DNA from: Hydrolagus colliei
Lineage: Eukaryota
Reading direction: 5' to 3'
Assembly: GCA_035084275.1 (NCBI GenBank)
Contig: CM068756.1
Location: 8,060,001-8,124,000 of the forward strand
Length of the DNA stretch: 64,000 nt
Part shown: positions 62,726-64,000 of the stretch, piece by piece
Numbering within the stretch: position 1 is the stretch's first letter
Layout: every line of letters begins with the position of its first letter
Notes under the pieces: model-generated
What the model saw: only the letters and a program-made list of their open reading frames with translations
Told to the model about the DNA's origin: nothing
Database searches by the model: none
Position numbers and translations under genes: made by a program

Positions 62726-64000
62726 TATGGCTATCTGCAGTTTAAAAGCACATTGCACAGGCAGCACCGTGTGGAGTGATTACAAGAAAATCAACTGGAA
62801 ATTCCACTCATAAGACCAGTGTGTCAAAAAAAATTGGAAAAATTCTTATATTAAGTCCGCAGTGCTTCAAGAAGAAACGGCTTTCGAATGAAGACAAAGC
62901 GGAATATTAGGTCCACAGAAAGGTTCAAGTGACACCATCATCAATTGCAAGAGCAAAATACAATCACTTATAATATTGTGATCCAAAAGCCACATGTGAA
63001 TCTAGCAGGTTATCAAAATACATTTTCGTAACATCTCTGCAATTCAGAATTATTCTTTTTCAAGTAAAGAATTCCAAAACACTGCAAGCAAATGCATAGA
63101 AATCATTGATCCAAATCTGCCATTGCAAAATGTAATCTAAATAGGACACATTTACAATGTTTTCTACTGTGCTGCTAACACAGATCTGAAGTTTCTCCCC
63201 CGTACAATTTGCTTCAAAGAGCAATGAAACCCACACAGTGCCTGGTGCTGCTTTCAGTGGGTAGGTGCACGCATTTTCAGGGGAATAAAAGATTGATATT
63301 AATTATATTAATACTGGAGGGGTGAGCATCAACCTCACTTAGAATACGGCCGTGAGGATGATGAACTGGACTTGACGTGTATCTCCAGCACTCCGGGTCA
63401 TCGTTTAAAAAGGAAAGGGCTAACATGTAGTGCAGGTGCTGCCTCGGCCAAAGGGAGAGTGTGCACAGACAAATGAGTCTTGTAGGCATTTTGTACATAC
63501 CGGAGATTGCTTATCGATCCATATCAGAATATTCAGCATTGCCCAAGGGAGAGAGCAGAGTATTTTCTGAGGGAGTTAATAACCTGACCGCTCTGCTGTC
63601 TTGTCCAATTCACTGAAGCCGGGGCCCTAATCAGACTAGGATTTCTTATTTTGAGGTAGCCCTGGCTGATCGGCTGGTGCTGCAGCGCAGGTCTGGAGCG
63701 GGGCAATAATTGAAATGGCTGTTGGATGAAGGCTAATCAAACTGTTTATTATCGGACAGAATCAATATGTATAGATTGTAACAACTGTCATTGTCCTTTT
63801 ACAAAACATGAACAAATACCCTTGCCTCAACAGCTACATTATTGAAAGCAAATCTACACCTTGCATTTCAAAATAACTTGCCTCAGCCTGTGTTCTGAAT
63901 CAGAGTAAGCAATGAATGTACAGGTATTTTGCTTTTCGACCCACCTTCCCCTTCCCCTCCCTCCATCCTCCCCAATCCCGACCCCACTGACTGTCCAGTG

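Noticed and set aside
63345-63374. YGREDDELDL resembling the arrestin YGREDLDV motif
   Set aside because: Flanking residues do not match arrestin, the frame closes shortly after, and there is no exon structure

Overview
Eukaryotic (vertebrate) AT-rich, repeat-laden genomic DNA. The repeat repertoire (CR1 and L2 LINE 3' fragments, tRNA-headed and Deu-domain SINEs with L2-type tails, a short Penelope-type element) points to a cartilaginous fish, most like a chimaera/elephant shark; this is inferred from recalled repeat families, not from a search. There is no complete gene, rRNA, true tRNA, CRISPR array or prokaryotic system, and almost all tracked ORFs are noise or repeat-derived. The window looks like the inside of a very large gene. 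Two minus-strand exon candidates (51675-51747 and 17138-17272) have good splice signals, are phase-compatible and join into an open peptide that I cannot identify. They are separated by a ~34 kb intron containing several TE-poor, homeodomain/TALE-motif-rich blocks that resemble conserved non-coding enhancers. The most notable structures are: a TSD-flanked Penelope-like mini-element with a decayed hammerhead-ribozyme core; a GC/CpG-rich hAT MITE (8-bp TSD) nested in a Deu-SINE; a Tigger/pogo-like MITE carrying a SINE; two retroposon tail families sharing a covarying stem-loop; and several inverted repeat pairs. There is one 194-N assembly gap. Repeat boundaries are approximate unless TIRs or TSDs are quoted.
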